Part shown: positions 10,154-20,413 of the stretch, piece by piece
How positions within the stretch are numbered: position 1 is the first letter of the stretch
Layout: each line of letters begins with the position of its first letter
NCBI GenBank assembly: GCA_965219455.1
Contig: OZ244744.1
Span: 4,512,001-4,576,000 of the forward strand
Direction of reading: 5' to 3'
DNA length: 64,000 nt
From: Candidatus Latescibacterota bacterium
Lineage (GTDB): Bacteria; Latescibacterota; UBA2968; GCA-2709665
The notes under the pieces: generated by a model
Told to the model about the DNA's origin: nothing
What the model saw: only the letters and a program-made list of their open reading frames with translations
Databases searched by the model: none
Program-made: the position numbers and the translations under genes

Positions 10154-10618
10154 GTGCGCAGCCTCTGGATTTCGGGTGTTGTCCTTTTTCTGGACCAGGT
10201 GTCAAAGCGGATCGTGATGGAATCGATGTTCCTTGGTGAGTCGATTCCCGTGATGGGCTCTTTCTTCAGGCTGACCTATATTCAGAACCCCGGCGCCGTG
10301 TTCGGAATGAGGTTGGGCGGGAACGTCGTGCATCTGATTTTCGCCGGGGTGGCATTGATCATTGTGGCGGTGATGTGGATCCGTCTGCCGCCTAATCAGC
10401 GGGTGGCTTCGGCCGGCCTGGCGCTTGTGCTGGGGGGAGCCGTCGGCAACGTCGTAGACCGGATCCGTTTCGGTGCGGTGGTTGATTTTCTGGACTTCGG
10501 AATCGGATCCCTTCGCTGGTGGGTGTTCAACGTGGCCGACGCCTCCGTTACGGTGGGGGCCGGCCTGTTGATACTGGGCTGCGGACTTCTGAAGGGCGGA
10601 AAGGATGAAGCAGTTTGA
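10154..10618 (+). CDS. lspA: lipoprotein signal peptidase II
   Basis: LDQVSK, NPGAVFG, GGAVGNVVDRI, VVDFLD, FNVADA; GTG after GGGAGG. Confidence 0.93.
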   Translation: MRSLWISGVVLFLDQVSKRIVMESMFLGESIPVMGSFFRLTYIQNPGAVFGMRLGGNVVHLIFAGVALIIVAVMWIRLPPNQRVASAGLALVLGGAVGNVVDRIRFGAVVDFLDFGIGSLRWWVFNVADASVTVGAGLLILGCGLLKGGKDEAV

Positions 10619-11573
10619 GGTTGCCGTCCTTTCGGAACACGCGGGCAGCCGACTGGACCGGATGCTGGCAGACGTCTGCGAACCGCTCTCCCGGTCTCGA
10701 ATTCAGGCGTTGATCGCATCGGGGGAAGTGCTTGTAACGGGAAAACGGGTTCGATCAAGTTACAAGGTTTCGGCCGGCGAACGGATCGTGGTTTTTCTGC
10801 CCGCACCCGAGCCCGCCGGACTTGATCCGGAGGAAATTCCTCTGGAGATTTTTTTTGAAGACGCGCATCTGCTTGTCGTGAACAAACCGCCAGGCATGCT
10901 TGTGCACCCAACCGGCAGGATGCGATCCGGTACGCTGGTGAATGGTCTCCTTGCCCGTTGCGACGGTCTCTCCGGTATCAACGGCGTTCTGCGTCCCGGC
11001 ATTGTACACCGGCTGGACAGGGAAACCTCGGGTCTGCTCATGGTTGCCAAGGACGACGTGGCTCACCGGGGGCTTGCGGCGCAACTGGAGGCGCGAACGG
11101 TAATCCGGCGATATATCGCCATGGTATGGGGGCAACCGGAATCGGAGCACGGCCGCATCGAGGCCGCCATCGGCAGATGTCGAAAAGACCGCAGGCGCAT
11201 GACCGTGGTGGACACCGGTGGGCGCACCGCCGCCACCAGGTACGAGGTGAAAGCATTCCATGGGTTCGCATCAACGCTGGATTTGAGGTTGGAGACGGGT
11301 CGAACGCATCAGATTCGTGTCCATCTCGCCCATATCGGACATCCGGTCTTTGGAGATGCCACGTACGGTGGCGGCGCGAGACGAATTCGAGGCATTTCAC
11401 CGCTACTGCGGAACGCTGCCAGGACGGTCCTGAATCTGGCGAACCGGCAGATGTTACACGCCGGGACCCTCGGTTTCACCCATCCCGTTACGGGCGAAGC
11501 GCTGGTATTCCACGCGGACGTACCGCAGGACATGCACAGTGTCTGTGAGGCGCTGTCAGCCGGCGAGTACTGA
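10605..11573 (+). CDS. rluD: RluA/RluD pseudouridine synthase with S4 domain
   Basis: RLDRML..SRSRIQ, VNKPPGMLVHP, GIVHRLDRETSG, LETGRTHQIRVH. Confidence 0.92.
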   Translation: MKQFEVAVLSEHAGSRLDRMLADVCEPLSRSRIQALIASGEVLVTGKRVRSSYKVSAGERIVVFLPAPEPAGLDPEEIPLEIFFEDAHLLVVNKPPGMLVHPTGRMRSGTLVNGLLARCDGLSGINGVLRPGIVHRLDRETSGLLMVAKDDVAHRGLAAQLEARTVIRRYIAMVWGQPESEHGRIEAAIGRCRKDRRRMTVVDTGGRTAATRYEVKAFHGFASTLDLRLETGRTHQIRVHLAHIGHPVFGDATYGGGARRIRGISPLLRNAARTVLNLANRQMLHAGTLGFTHPVTGEALVFHADVPQDMHSVCEALSAGEY

Positions 11574-11742
11574 CTGGATACGGCTCGCGGAGTGAGAGCG
11601 CGACCGTCCCGACGATATGACTTGATCGGCGGATTCCTCGCGCGATACCGAATGCCGCCGCCGGCGAAACCCGTTAACGGATGCGCGACAACACAAACCG
11701 ACAGCTTAACGCGCAATCTGGCGGCTTCGGCATGCCACAAAA

Positions 11743-11776
11743 AAAGAGCGTCAACCGGATCCGGTTGACGCTCTTT
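11743..11776. terminator. bidirectional intrinsic terminator (perfect 34-bp palindrome)
   Basis: AAAGAGCGTCAACCGGA|TCCGGTTGACGCTCTTT between convergent rluD and ferredoxin genes, with A-run upstream. Confidence 0.75.
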
Positions 11777-11802
11777 CCACTTGACGTGTGGTCGAAAACG
11801 AT

Positions 11803-12537
11803 CTAGAACGTCCCCACGGGAATACCATATGCCTCTTCAACCCGCTGGGTGTCCACCATTTCGATGGCTTCCCACGGGCAGATATGCACACATTGGATGC
11901 ATCCGATGCAGTCTTCGAGCCGAACTTCACAAAACGTACCGATACCGTCCAACCCCGCGTCAGCCACGTCCACTTCTTCGATACAGTCTGTTGGACAGAC
12001 TTCGATGCAGGCGTTGCAACCGGTGCAATAGTCGGGGTTGACAATGGCAATAGACCGGGGCCGCTTCTTCTTGGCAGCCATGCCGGAGCGGGTTTCCAGC
12101 CAGAGGTGTTCGTGAAAATCGACGCGTTCTTTCTTCGAGACCCGCTCAGGACGGTAGATCTCTGACTTCGGCGCGAACTCCAGCGCGCCTTCGGCGTGGG
12201 CGTGGCTGAGGCGGTATCGGTCCGCGGTAACGAGTTGGTCGGGATCGTCGTCGTAGACGAAACTGACCAGCTCATAACGGATGCCCACGGTCCGGCCGGC
12301 CCGTCCGTTCAGTTTGAAATGGATGCCCGGCCTGAATTCGAGGATGGTAAGGCCAGTGGGCTCCTTTTCGGTCTCCACGGAAGCCGGTGCGGTTTCCAGT
12401 GCCGGGGCGGCTGCCTCGGGTGCGGATTCTGCGGCGTCGCCAGCGCCCTGTTTGGCTTTCCGCATGGCCTCGGCTTTGGCCTTCGCCCGCGCGACCCGGT
12501 CGGTGATGCCGTCAAACTGAGTAAGGTCGACGTTCAC
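11803..12537 (-). CDS. 2[4Fe-4S] ferredoxin-domain protein with N-terminal DRVARAKAKAE helix
   Basis: CTGCNACIEVCP and CIGCIQCVHICP; GTG 12537 preceded by ACAGGAG. Confidence 0.8.
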   Translation of the reverse strand: MNVDLTQFDGITDRVARAKAKAEAMRKAKQGAGDAAESAPEAAAPALETAPASVETEKEPTGLTILEFRPGIHFKLNGRAGRTVGIRYELVSFVYDDDPDQLVTADRYRLSHAHAEGALEFAPKSEIYRPERVSKKERVDFHEHLWLETRSGMAAKKKRPRSIAIVNPDYCTGCNACIEVCPTDCIEEVDVADAGLDGIGTFCEVRLEDCIGCIQCVHICPWEAIEMVDTQRVEEAYGIPVGTF

Positions 12538-12595
12538 GGGAACGATATCTCCTGTTGAACGTAATCTGTGTCGGGGAATAGTGCCGTCCGAGCAT

Positions 12596-12624
12596 AAAAT
12601 AGGGTCTTTCTCAGGGTTTGTCAA
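12596..12624 (-). promoter_or_regulatory. putative sigma70 promoter for ferredoxin gene
   Basis: Minus strand TTGACA-N17-TATTTT. Confidence 0.55.
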
Positions 12625-12669
12625 GGATGAAGGGGCTGGGCCGGACAAACCTGGTCGCGGACCAATATC

Positions 12670-12699
12670 TTGACAGCGTATGCCGACTCTGTTTATATT
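12670..12699 (+). promoter_or_regulatory. putative sigma70 promoter for HEAT gene
   Basis: TTGACA-N18-TATATT. Confidence 0.5.
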
Positions 12700-12729
12700 G
12701 GTCCGCGTGTTTTCGTCCGTCGACTCTAA

Positions 12730-12889
12730 CAGTCCGTTGAAAAAGTCGCTCTGCAGGCGAGGCCGAGCCATTGTGATCGAAGACAAGGCGCGCGACCGAG
12801 CCGAATCGGGGGATTCGGGGAGGGAGCGCAACGCAGTATTTCGGCCACAAGGGCCGGCCGCAGCCCGGATGGGCTTTTTCAACGGACTG
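12730..12889. mobile_element. MITE-like element
   Basis: Perfect 16-bp TIR CAGTCCGTTGAAAAAG/CTTTTTCAACGGACTG flanked by CTAA direct repeats. Confidence 0.75.
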
Positions 12890-12931
12890 CTAAGGGTAAC
12901 GTTTGCCGTTGTTCGAAATAGAGGATGCCGA

Positions 12932-13840
12932 ATGGACCATCCGACTCCCGAAGAGGAACTCAGAAAAATCGCCGAAGATGCCACCGCGCCGGTTTTGGAG
13001 GCGGAAGTCTCCCGGGCGAGGCTGGTCTCCCAATTCGTCATTTTCCCGGTGGCCATTCTCCTCGTGGCGCTTGCAATTTACCTGGGGTTGGGGCTATTGA
13101 CGGCCGAGCGAAAAATGGCGGAGGATTATCTCAATACGATTCGCGTGGGCGGCATCAACAGCCGGTGGCAGGCGGCGTACGAACTGGCCGCAGTGCTCGA
13201 CCAGGAGCAGCGCGAGGGACGGATTGGCCGCAAGTTCGTCGGAGAGTTGATACGGGTGTTCGAGGCTTCCCGTTCGGACGATCCGCGTGTAAGGCGGTTT
13301 CTGGCCGCGGCAATGGGAAGGGTGCGCGATCCCGCGCTGGTCAGCGTTTTGATTTCCGCGTTGGATGATCCCGACGACGAGACCCGGATCAACGCGATGT
13401 TCTCGCTCAGGGCTCATGGAGACCCCGGCGCCGTTCCACATCTCGTCAGGATCGCGTCCAACGACGATGCCGGCCTGCGTAAGGCCGCGGTATACGCCCT
13501 GGGTAGTCTCAACGACCCGCGTGTGCAGCCCGCACTCGAACAGGCGCTGCACGACCGGGCGCCCGACGTTCGCTGGAACGCCGCCCTGCAATTGGCGGCA
13601 GTCGGCAATAACGCGGGCCTGGAGGTTCTGGGCGAGATGCTGAGTCCGGGGTACCTGGAAGGGTTCGATCGGATAAGCGGAGAGGGGCGGCGCGATATAC
13701 TGGTCGGGGCGATCAGGGCCGTAGGCATTCTCGACGCCAGGTCCCTGACCTCCACGCTGCAGGAACTGCGCGGACAGGATCCGGATATGCGGGTCCGGCA
13801 GGCGGCCATTGAAGTTCTGAATGAATGGGGGGAGAAATGA
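12932..13840 (+). CDS. membrane-anchored HEAT-repeat protein
   Basis: One TM helix, then repeated DPRVRR/DDETRINA/DAGLRKAA/DVRWNAA HEAT units. Confidence 0.85.
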   Translation: MDHPTPEEELRKIAEDATAPVLEAEVSRARLVSQFVIFPVAILLVALAIYLGLGLLTAERKMAEDYLNTIRVGGINSRWQAAYELAAVLDQEQREGRIGRKFVGELIRVFEASRSDDPRVRRFLAAAMGRVRDPALVSVLISALDDPDDETRINAMFSLRAHGDPGAVPHLVRIASNDDAGLRKAAVYALGSLNDPRVQPALEQALHDRAPDVRWNAALQLAAVGNNAGLEVLGEMLSPGYLEGFDRISGEGRRDILVGAIRAVGILDARSLTSTLQELRGQDPDMRVRQAAIEVLNEWGEK

Positions 13841-13946
13841 GCGACTTGAATCCACGGAACTGCAGGGTCGAATCCGGCCCGTTCAGGTGTGCGCCGGGTC
13901 CCTCGTTCGTTCTGTGTGGAAGCCGCGAATCTACAGAAAATCCCGC

Positions 13947-13975
13947 TTGACAATCCGGGGTGGTTTCGATATATT
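13947..13975 (+). promoter_or_regulatory. sigma70 promoter of Rieske/cytochrome b operon
   Basis: TTGACA-N17-TATATT upstream of the Rieske gene. Confidence 0.65.
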
Positions 13976-14098
13976 GGCCCGGTATCTTTAGCGCTGTAAG
14001 TGATTCAATTTCCGGTATTTTTATAACTTATATCATATATTATTTCGTCCTGACGGTTTTCGGCTTGAAAGCCGCTTGAGCGGTTTCTGGGGTGTTCC

Positions 14099-15049
14099 AT
14101 GTCGGAAGGCAATATCGATCTTTCGGAATTTGACGAGATTCCGGATCGGGTGGCCAGGGCGAAGGCCAAAGCGGAGGCGCTACGCAGGGCCAGAAAGGCC
14201 GCCGCGGGCGAAGCGTCCGCGGCAACGCCGGCCGCGGGGGCTTCCGCGAAGGTCCCGGAGAAACCGGGGGGGGATTCCGCCGCCACCGAAGTGGATCTTT
14301 CGTCGCTGAACGAGATCCAGGATCGCGTTGCCCGTGCAAAGGCCAAGGCCGAGTTGATGCGCAAGGCGCGTGGGGGTGGCGCAGCGGCGCCGGCCGGTGC
14401 GCCGGCGAAGAAGGCCGCTTCCACGGCAGCCCGGGCGGCTGCCGCTCGGGCGTTAACGCAAAAAAAGGACGTGCCGGAAGCGGAGCGCGTCATCGTCCAG
14501 ACCTCTCCGGCCCCGCCCGCAATCCGCCCTGGGCCCGAAAGAACGCAGGCGGTGGTGGAAGGCGGCATGACCACCCGGCGGGGGTTTTTTACCTGGCTGA
14601 CCCTGGCCTGGGCGTCGTTTGCGGTCGCGTCCGCGGCGGGGCTCCTCGGGTTTACGCGCTTTCTGTTTCCGAATGTCCTGTTTGAGCCGCCCCAGACTTT
14701 CAAAATCGGGTTTCCGGAAGATTACGACTTTGGTGTGGACGAACGCTGGAAGGACAAGTTCAGCGTCTGGGTGATCAAGACCACGCAGGATATGTTCGCG
14801 CTCATTTCGGTATGCACCCACCTGGGTTGTACGCCCAACTGGCTGGGCAACGAACAGAAATTCAAATGTCCCTGTCACGGCAGCGGTTTTTATATGACCG
14901 GCATCAACTTCGAGGGCCCGGCGCCGCGCCCGCTGGAAAGGGCGCGCATTGTGCTGGCCGAGGATGGCCAGGTGCTGGTCGACAAGACCCGAAAATTCCT
15001 GTACGAGAAGGGTCACTGGGACAACCCGGAATCCTTTTTGCGGATCTAA
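14099..15049 (+). CDS. Rieske Fe-S subunit of cytochrome bc complex with long N-terminal extension
   Basis: TRRGFF Tat motif plus TM; CTHLGC and CPCHGS boxes; GPAPRPL. Confidence 0.93.
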   Translation: MSEGNIDLSEFDEIPDRVARAKAKAEALRRARKAAAGEASAATPAAGASAKVPEKPGGDSAATEVDLSSLNEIQDRVARAKAKAELMRKARGGGAAAPAGAPAKKAASTAARAAAARALTQKKDVPEAERVIVQTSPAPPAIRPGPERTQAVVEGGMTTRRGFFTWLTLAWASFAVASAAGLLGFTRFLFPNVLFEPPQTFKIGFPEDYDFGVDERWKDKFSVWVIKTTQDMFALISVCTHLGCTPNWLGNEQKFKCPCHGSGFYMTGINFEGPAPRPLERARIVLAEDGQVLVDKTRKFLYEKGHWDNPESFLRI

Positions 15050-15055
15050 GTATCC

Positions 15056-15081
15056 GTCTTAAAATCCCCAGCGGTCTTCGC
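15056..15081 (-). repeat. partial copy of the 24607-24792 MITE end
   Basis: GTCTTAAAATCCCCAGCGGTCTTCGC is the reverse complement (1 mismatch) of 24761-24786; lies just after the Rieske TAA. Confidence 0.6.
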
Positions 15082-15179
15082 ACCTGCCTGCTGCCGCAGG
15101 CAATGCAGGCTGCAGTATCGCCGTATACGCGATTTTTCTTGTCAGTTTCAGCATTGCGAACCCATCGGGAGAACACGGT

Positions 15180-15965
15180 ATGCCGAAGATTTCCGGCCTC
15201 CTGGACCGGACCAAACGCTCTCAAATCTGGAAGTCCATCTTCAGGCACGACGTGCCGAGAGACGAACGCGGCCGCGCACAGGTGGTGCTGACCAATGTAT
15301 TTCTGCATCTGCATCCGGTGCGGACCCCCAAATCGGGTATCCGGGTGCGCTACACGTGGTGTATGGGTGGGCTCACCTTTTTTATTTTTCTGATTGAGAC
15401 CATCACCGGCATTCTGCTCATGTTTTACTACCGGCCCACACTCGAATACGCCTACACCGACATCATCGACCTGGGCGAGCAGGTTCCGCTGGGTATCATG
15501 CGGGAGATTCACCGGTGGGGCGCCCACGCGATGATTATTACGGTCTGGCTGCACATGTTGCGCGTATTTATGACCGGTGCTTATAAACCGCCCCGCGAGT
15601 TCAACTGGGCGATCGGTGTCATTCTGCTTCTTTTAACGCTGTTGCTGAGCTTTACCGGGTATCTGTTGCCATGGGATCAGCTTGCCATCTGGGCCATCAC
15701 GGTGGGGTCGAATATGGCGCGGGCAACGCCTTTCCTCGGGCACGAGGGGCCGGGAGCGGCGTTCCTGATGCTTGGCGATATCAACCTGGTCCATGCCGGC
15801 AACGACGCCCGATTTGCGCTGTTGGGGGGCCGTTTTGTCGGGGAGGGCGCGCTGCTGAGATTCTATGTCCTGCATTGTCTGTTCATCCCGTTTGTGGCGG
15901 CTATATTAATGGCCGTTCACTTCTGGCGGGTCCGAAAGGACGGCGGGATCTCCGGACCGATGTAG
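15180..15965 (+). CDS. cytochrome b N-terminal subunit (b6-like)
   Basis: WCMGG (heme ci-type Cys), [30 protein letters not shown] end. Confidence 0.92.
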   Translation: MPKISGLLDRTKRSQIWKSIFRHDVPRDERGRAQVVLTNVFLHLHPVRTPKSGIRVRYTWCMGGLTFFIFLIETITGILLMFYYRPTLEYAYTDIIDLGEQVPLGIMREIHRWGAHAMIITVWLHMLRVFMTGAYKPPREFNWAIGVILLLLTLLLSFTGYLLPWDQLAIWAITVGSNMARATPFLGHEGPGAAFLMLGDINLVHAGNDARFALLGGRFVGEGALLRFYVLHCLFIPFVAAILMAVHFWRVRKDGGISGPM

Positions 15966-16010
15966 AAGCGACCTCCGCTTGTCCGATCTGCGGAATCATC
16001 GAGGAAGACG

Positions 16011-17087
16011 ATGGATGTTCTGAAAGGCTTTATCAACTGGCTGCTCACGCCTGAATATTTCATGCCGTTGTTTGCCATTCTCTTTTTCCTGGCTTTGCGG
16101 ACCCGCTGGGTCTGGACGGTCCGGTTCGGCCTCCCCGCCCTGATCGCCTCGATCGTATTCTTCGTTGTAAGTTTTCAGGATGAGAATTTTCGCATTATTG
16201 TGACCAAGGGCGACAATATCCCAATTGTCATGTTGTTGTTCCTGGTCGGTTTTTTTGTCTGGTACAGCCTGAAACAGGGGTACGACAACGACGAGCGTAT
16301 CGAACGCGGAGAAGGGCCGGTTGAGAAAGCCGAATTCAAAGAGAAGGTCCTCACCTGGCCCCATCTGGTCTACACGGAGTTGATCTGCCTGACCCTGGCC
16401 ACGGTCTTTCTGATTCTCTGGTCCGTGCTGATAAAAGCCCCCATCGAAGAGCCTGCCAACCCCGCAACAACTCCCAATCCGTCCAAGGCGCCCTGGTATT
16501 TCCTGGGCCTTCAGGAAATGCTGGTGTATTACGATCCATGGATCGCCGGTGTCGTTCTGCCCACTCTCGTCATTGTGGGTCTTATGGCTATTCCGTATAT
16601 CGATCGGAATTCCAAGGGACTCGGTTACTACACGTTCAAGGAACGCCGGTTCGCCATTACGGTGTTTCTATTCGGTTTTGTGGTGTTGTGGGTGATGCTG
16701 ATCACGATCGGTACGTTTCTGCGCGGCCCGAACTGGAACTTTTTCGGGCCGTACGAATTCTGGGACGTGCACAAACTGGTAGCACTGGTCAACGTCAATC
16801 TGTCGGAATATATCTACGTCCAATGGCTGGGCACGGGTTTGCCATCCTTCTGGTTGACGCGCGAAATATGGGGTTTCCTCCTTGTTATCCTGTATTTTCT
16901 GGTGCCCCCGCCTGTACTTGCGCAAACGGTGTTCAAGGAGTTCTACAAGACGATGGGATTCGTCCGCTATAGCGTGATGATCCTCTTCTTCCTCTGCATG
17001 GTCGCCCTCCCCATCAAGATGTTGCTTCGCTGGCTGTTCAACCTGAAATACATCGTTGCCATTCCGGAATATTTTTTCAATATCTGA
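16011..17087 (+). CDS. cytochrome b C-terminal/subunit IV-like protein
   Basis: PANPATTPNPSKAPWYFLGLQE (PEWY-equivalent), multiple TMs. Confidence 0.88.
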   Translation: MDVLKGFINWLLTPEYFMPLFAILFFLALRTRWVWTVRFGLPALIASIVFFVVSFQDENFRIIVTKGDNIPIVMLLFLVGFFVWYSLKQGYDNDERIERGEGPVEKAEFKEKVLTWPHLVYTELICLTLATVFLILWSVLIKAPIEEPANPATTPNPSKAPWYFLGLQEMLVYYDPWIAGVVLPTLVIVGLMAIPYIDRNSKGLGYYTFKERRFAITVFLFGFVVLWVMLITIGTFLRGPNWNFFGPYEFWDVHKLVALVNVNLSEYIYVQWLGTGLPSFWLTREIWGFLLVILYFLVPPPVLAQTVFKEFYKTMGFVRYSVMILFFLCMVALPIKMLLRWLFNLKYIVAIPEYFFNI

Positions 17088-17201
17088 GGGTTCTTTCTTG
17101 TTTTTCGGCGCCGCTGCAACATGCTTTGGAATTTCTGAAGGAGTTGAAGGACGCGGCAAGTACGGTGCTTTGGGTGGATGCCGCCCCTCTGGAGCCGTTC
17201 G

Positions 17202-20200
17202 ATGAATGAGCAGAAGCGCTTCATAGACTTTGTCTACAATGTAGATAAATTGAACATGATTTTCGCCGTGTCCAGCGTGGTGCTGGTTATTGCCGTGCTC
17301 TGGATGGTCTGGGACGACTACGACCGTGAATGGAAGGGCTTTCAGAAGGAAGCGATGTCGCTGGAGGCCTACAAGACAGAGGCGGAAATCAAGCTGGCTC
17401 AGGAGAACACTGACCAGGACGCCCTGAACGCGATTGAAGACGAACTCACGGGAATTGAGGCCGCGATTCAGGCGCATCAGCAGCGATACGACGCGGCGAC
17501 GAGCGAGTTGAAGCGGCTAACGCAGGCGGAATGGTACGGGGCCGATCAGAGGCTCAAGTTCGAGAAAGCGCAGTACGACGTGGTGAAGTTTGAATATGAA
17601 GACGCGGCCAAAGCGGGGCATGAGGAAACTGCTACGAAGAAAAAGGCCGAAATGGAAGCCATGGAAGTCCGGATCTACGAGTTCCGGCTGGCCAGGGAGG
17701 CGGTGGAGGAAAAACAGGCTGCGCAGCAGAAGATCATCGATGCAGTGGCGGGACAGAGGCAGGCGTTAGAGTCCAGACGGCGTTCGTTGCGCAAGGATGA
17801 AGAAAACCTGAGGCGCAAGTTGACGGGACTTGTGCCGAGTTTCCCCAACGTGTTCCGAAATCTGCCGGTGGTCGACTTTATCGATCCGTCCATTAAGGTC
17901 CGGCAGGTCGTGCTGGCCGACCTCAGAAACGAGCTCAACTTTACCACGGTTCCCCGGGTGGACCGATGTACCACGTGTCATTTGAACGTGGACCGCCCGG
18001 GGTACGAGCTCGATCGGGAAACCGGCTGGTTTGAGGACGAGACACTAAAGACGTATATGGAAACGGTCTACGGGGACGAAGACGTCCGGCTGGGGCGCAC
18101 CAGTGTATTTTCGACACATCCGAGGCTGGACCTTTTCCTGAGTAGCGGCTCACCCCACCCGATCGATGAGTCGGGGTGCACAACCTGTCATCTCGGTCGC
18201 GACCGGGGCGTGACGTTCAAGAATACGGCCCATACCCCGGGCGACGACGTCGAGGCGGCCCGCTGGAAAAAGCTGTACGGATGGAAGAAAATGAAATACT
18301 GGGACCACCCCATGCTGTCCAGCCGCTACGTCGAGTCGACGTGCGCTCAGTGCCACACGGGCGTTGTGGACGTACCCCGGGCGGAAAATCTGAATCGCGG
18401 TATCCATCTCGTGCGCACGCTGGGTTGCCACGGCTGCCACAAAATCGCCAGGCATACGCTGCGGAATCTGCGCAGGGTCGGCCCGGATCTCCGCAAGGCG
18501 GCCGGTAAGCTGGATCGTGAATGGGCCGTTAAGTGGGTGCGGGATCCCAAGGGGTTTCGTCCTTCCACCAAGATGCCCAAGATTTTCGATCTGTCCAACG
18601 TGAGTGGGCCGGAGGATATCCAGCGCAATACGGCAGCGGTCAACGCTGTTGTGGCGTTTATTTTCGAGAAGTCCGAGCGTCCCGTATACCCCCCGCCTCC
18701 GGTGCAGGGCGACGCCGGTCGGGGCGAACGTCTCGTCGAAATGGTGGGATGCAAGGCCTGCCACGTGGTGGGTGCGGACGATCGGTTGGGCCAGGAATAC
18801 GGGCAGCGGAATTTCGGCCCCAACCTGAACGAAGTTGGCAGCAAACTGTCTGCGGGCTGGCTGTTCGCATGGCTGAAGGATCCCACGGCCTATTTCCCGG
18901 ATACCCGGATGCCGAATCTGCGGCTGACCGACCGGGAGGCGGCCGATATCACGGCCTATCTGCTCACCCGTCGGAATACGGCGTTTGAAGCCCGACAGGT
19001 GGCGCCGGCGGACCCACAGGTCCGCGACGATCTGGTGCTGAACTATCTGCGCAGCCGGTTGCCCGTGAAGGCCGCGAGGGAGCAACTGGCTCAGATGTCG
19101 AGTCATGAGCGCGACATCTGGCTGGGCGAGAAGATCATCTCCCGGCAGGGCTGTTTCGGATGCCACCTCATTCCGGGATTCGAAGATACCCAGCCGATCG
19201 GCACGGAACTGACCGAGGAAGGCAGCAAGGACGTGGACAAGCTGGATTTCGGTCTGCTGGCCAGGAAGGCGGGTTCCTCCTACGACAGCGATCCCGACGC
19301 CATACCCTATACGCGTCACGACTGGTTCTACAAAAAGCTCAAACAACCCCGCGTCTTCGATAAGGGCAAGGTGAGGCTGTTCGACGACAAGCTGCGTATG
19401 CCCCAGTTCGGTCTGAGCGATGAGGATGCGCACGCGGTGACGACGGCGCTGCTGAGCATGAACAGGAGCCAGGTGGGGGCCAACTCGATAAAACGCCTGG
19501 CGCCCGAGGAAGTCGATATCGAGAAGGGCCGCTGGCTGGTTTACGACAGAAATTGCAAAGGGTGCCACGTCGTCGAGAATCAGGGCGGGGCGATCCGCGA
19601 TCCACTGGTGAAGGCCTACGGGGCCGAGGACGTTTCCGCCTCCGACGCCGAGGGTTTCGTGCCGCCGGTCCTGAACGGCGAGGGCAGGAAAGTTCAGTCG
19701 GACTGGTTCTTCGCTTTCCTGAAGAACGTGGAGCCTATCCGTCCGTGGCTCGAGGCACGGATGCCCACGTTCGGATTCGAAGACCGGCAGGCCATCGATC
19801 TGGTCACTTATTTTTCCCGCCTCGACAAGGAGCAGTTTCCCTACGCGACGTTTGTGCATAAGCGTTTGAGTTCTAAGGAATTGAGTGGCGCGAAGAAGCT
19901 GTTCAGCGAGGACATTTACAACTGTTTCACCTGCCACCAGCAGGGCGATATCAAGCCCAAAGGCGACCCGGCAAGCTGGGCGCCCGACCTGAAGTTGGCG
20001 CGGGAGCGGCTGAAACCGGCGTGGATCCGGGACTGGTTGTGGGATCCGCAAAAGATTCAGCCGGGAACCAAAATGCCCACGTTTTTCGGTGACGAGATGA
20101 CCTACCTTCCGGTAGAAATGGCCGCCTATCTGAAGCTGCCCGAGGGGGTCAAGCCCGAGGATGGCCTGCTCGTCCTGCCAACCGACGTGGTCATTCAGGC

Positions 20201-20270
20201 GCTCACGGACTACATCGTCTACGGCTTGCACCAGGATGCCCGGCTGACAAGTGTTTCGTCACGGAAATAG
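17202..20270 (+). CDS. membrane-anchored multiheme (8 CxxCH) cytochrome c with coiled-coil stalk
   Basis: CTTCH x2, CAQCH, CHGCH, CKACH, CFGCH, CKGCH, CFTCH; N-terminal TM and long coiled coil. Confidence 0.9.
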   Translation: MNEQKRFIDFVYNVDKLNMIFAVSSVVLVIAVLWMVWDDYDREWKGFQKEAMSLEAYKTEAEIKLAQENTDQDALNAIEDELTGIEAAIQAHQQRYDAATSELKRLTQAEWYGADQRLKFEKAQYDVVKFEYEDAAKAGHEETATKKKAEMEAMEVRIYEFRLAREAVEEKQAAQQKIIDAVAGQRQALESRRRSLRKDEENLRRKLTGLVPSFPNVFRNLPVVDFIDPSIKVRQVVLADLRNELNFTTVPRVDRCTTCHLNVDRPGYELDRETGWFEDETLKTYMETVYGDEDVRLGRTSVFSTHPRLDLFLSSGSPHPIDESGCTTCHLGRDRGVTFKNTAHTPGDDVEAARWKKLYGWKKMKYWDHPMLSSRYVESTCAQCHTGVVDVPRAENLNRGIHLVRTLGCHGCHKIARHTLRNLRRVGPDLRKAAGKLDREWAVKWVRDPKGFRPSTKMPKIFDLSNVSGPEDIQRNTAAVNAVVAFIFEKSERPVYPPPPVQGDAGRGERLVEMVGCKACHVVGADDRLGQEYGQRNFGPNLNEVGSKLSAGWLFAWLKDPTAYFPDTRMPNLRLTDREAADITAYLLTRRNTAFEARQVAPADPQVRDDLVLNYLRSRLPVKAAREQLAQMSSHERDIWLGEKIISRQGCFGCHLIPGFEDTQPIGTELTEEGSKDVDKLDFGLLARKAGSSYDSDPDAIPYTRHDWFYKKLKQPRVFDKGKVRLFDDKLRMPQFGLSDEDAHAVTTALLSMNRSQVGANSIKRLAPEEVDIEKGRWLVYDRNCKGCHVVENQGGAIRDPLVKAYGAEDVSASDAEGFVPPVLNGEGRKVQSDWFFAFLKNVEPIRPWLEARMPTFGFEDRQAIDLVTYFSRLDKEQFPYATFVHKRLSSKELSGAKKLFSEDIYNCFTCHQQGDIKPKGDPASWAPDLKLARERLKPAWIRDWLWDPQKIQPGTKMPTFFGDEMTYLPVEMAAYLKLPEGVKPEDGLLVLPTDVVIQALTDYIVYGLHQDARLTSVSSRK

Positions 20271-20413
20271 ATCGCCGAAATTCGGCCGTCGAGTCGCCCG
20301 TATCGCAAGGAGCCTTCGCGCAGGTGACCTGCGCAAGGTCAGCGAGCGAGGGCAACGCAGCGAGACGGGATGAATCGGCGGAAGAATGGTGACATATTTC
20401 CGGGACGGGACAC
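20251..20413. mobile_element. degenerate MITE/REP-like element overlapping the cytochrome c stop
   Basis: Imperfect 19-bp TIR GTGTTTCGTCACGGAAATA/TATTTCCGGGACGGGACAC; internal CAAGG...GCAACGCAG also seen in 12730-12889. Confidence 0.5.

Noticed and set aside
12538-13056. N-terminal extension of the 417-aa ferredoxin ORF and of the 386-aa HEAT ORF
   Set aside because: Crosses divergent promoters and a MITE; better RBS-linked starts at 12537 and 12932
18150-20231. 693-aa antisense ORF (and similar ones at 1268-2938, 7236-8558, 30728-32209, 33376-34569)
   Set aside because: Shadow frames opposite well-supported genes in GC-rich DNA; no motifs
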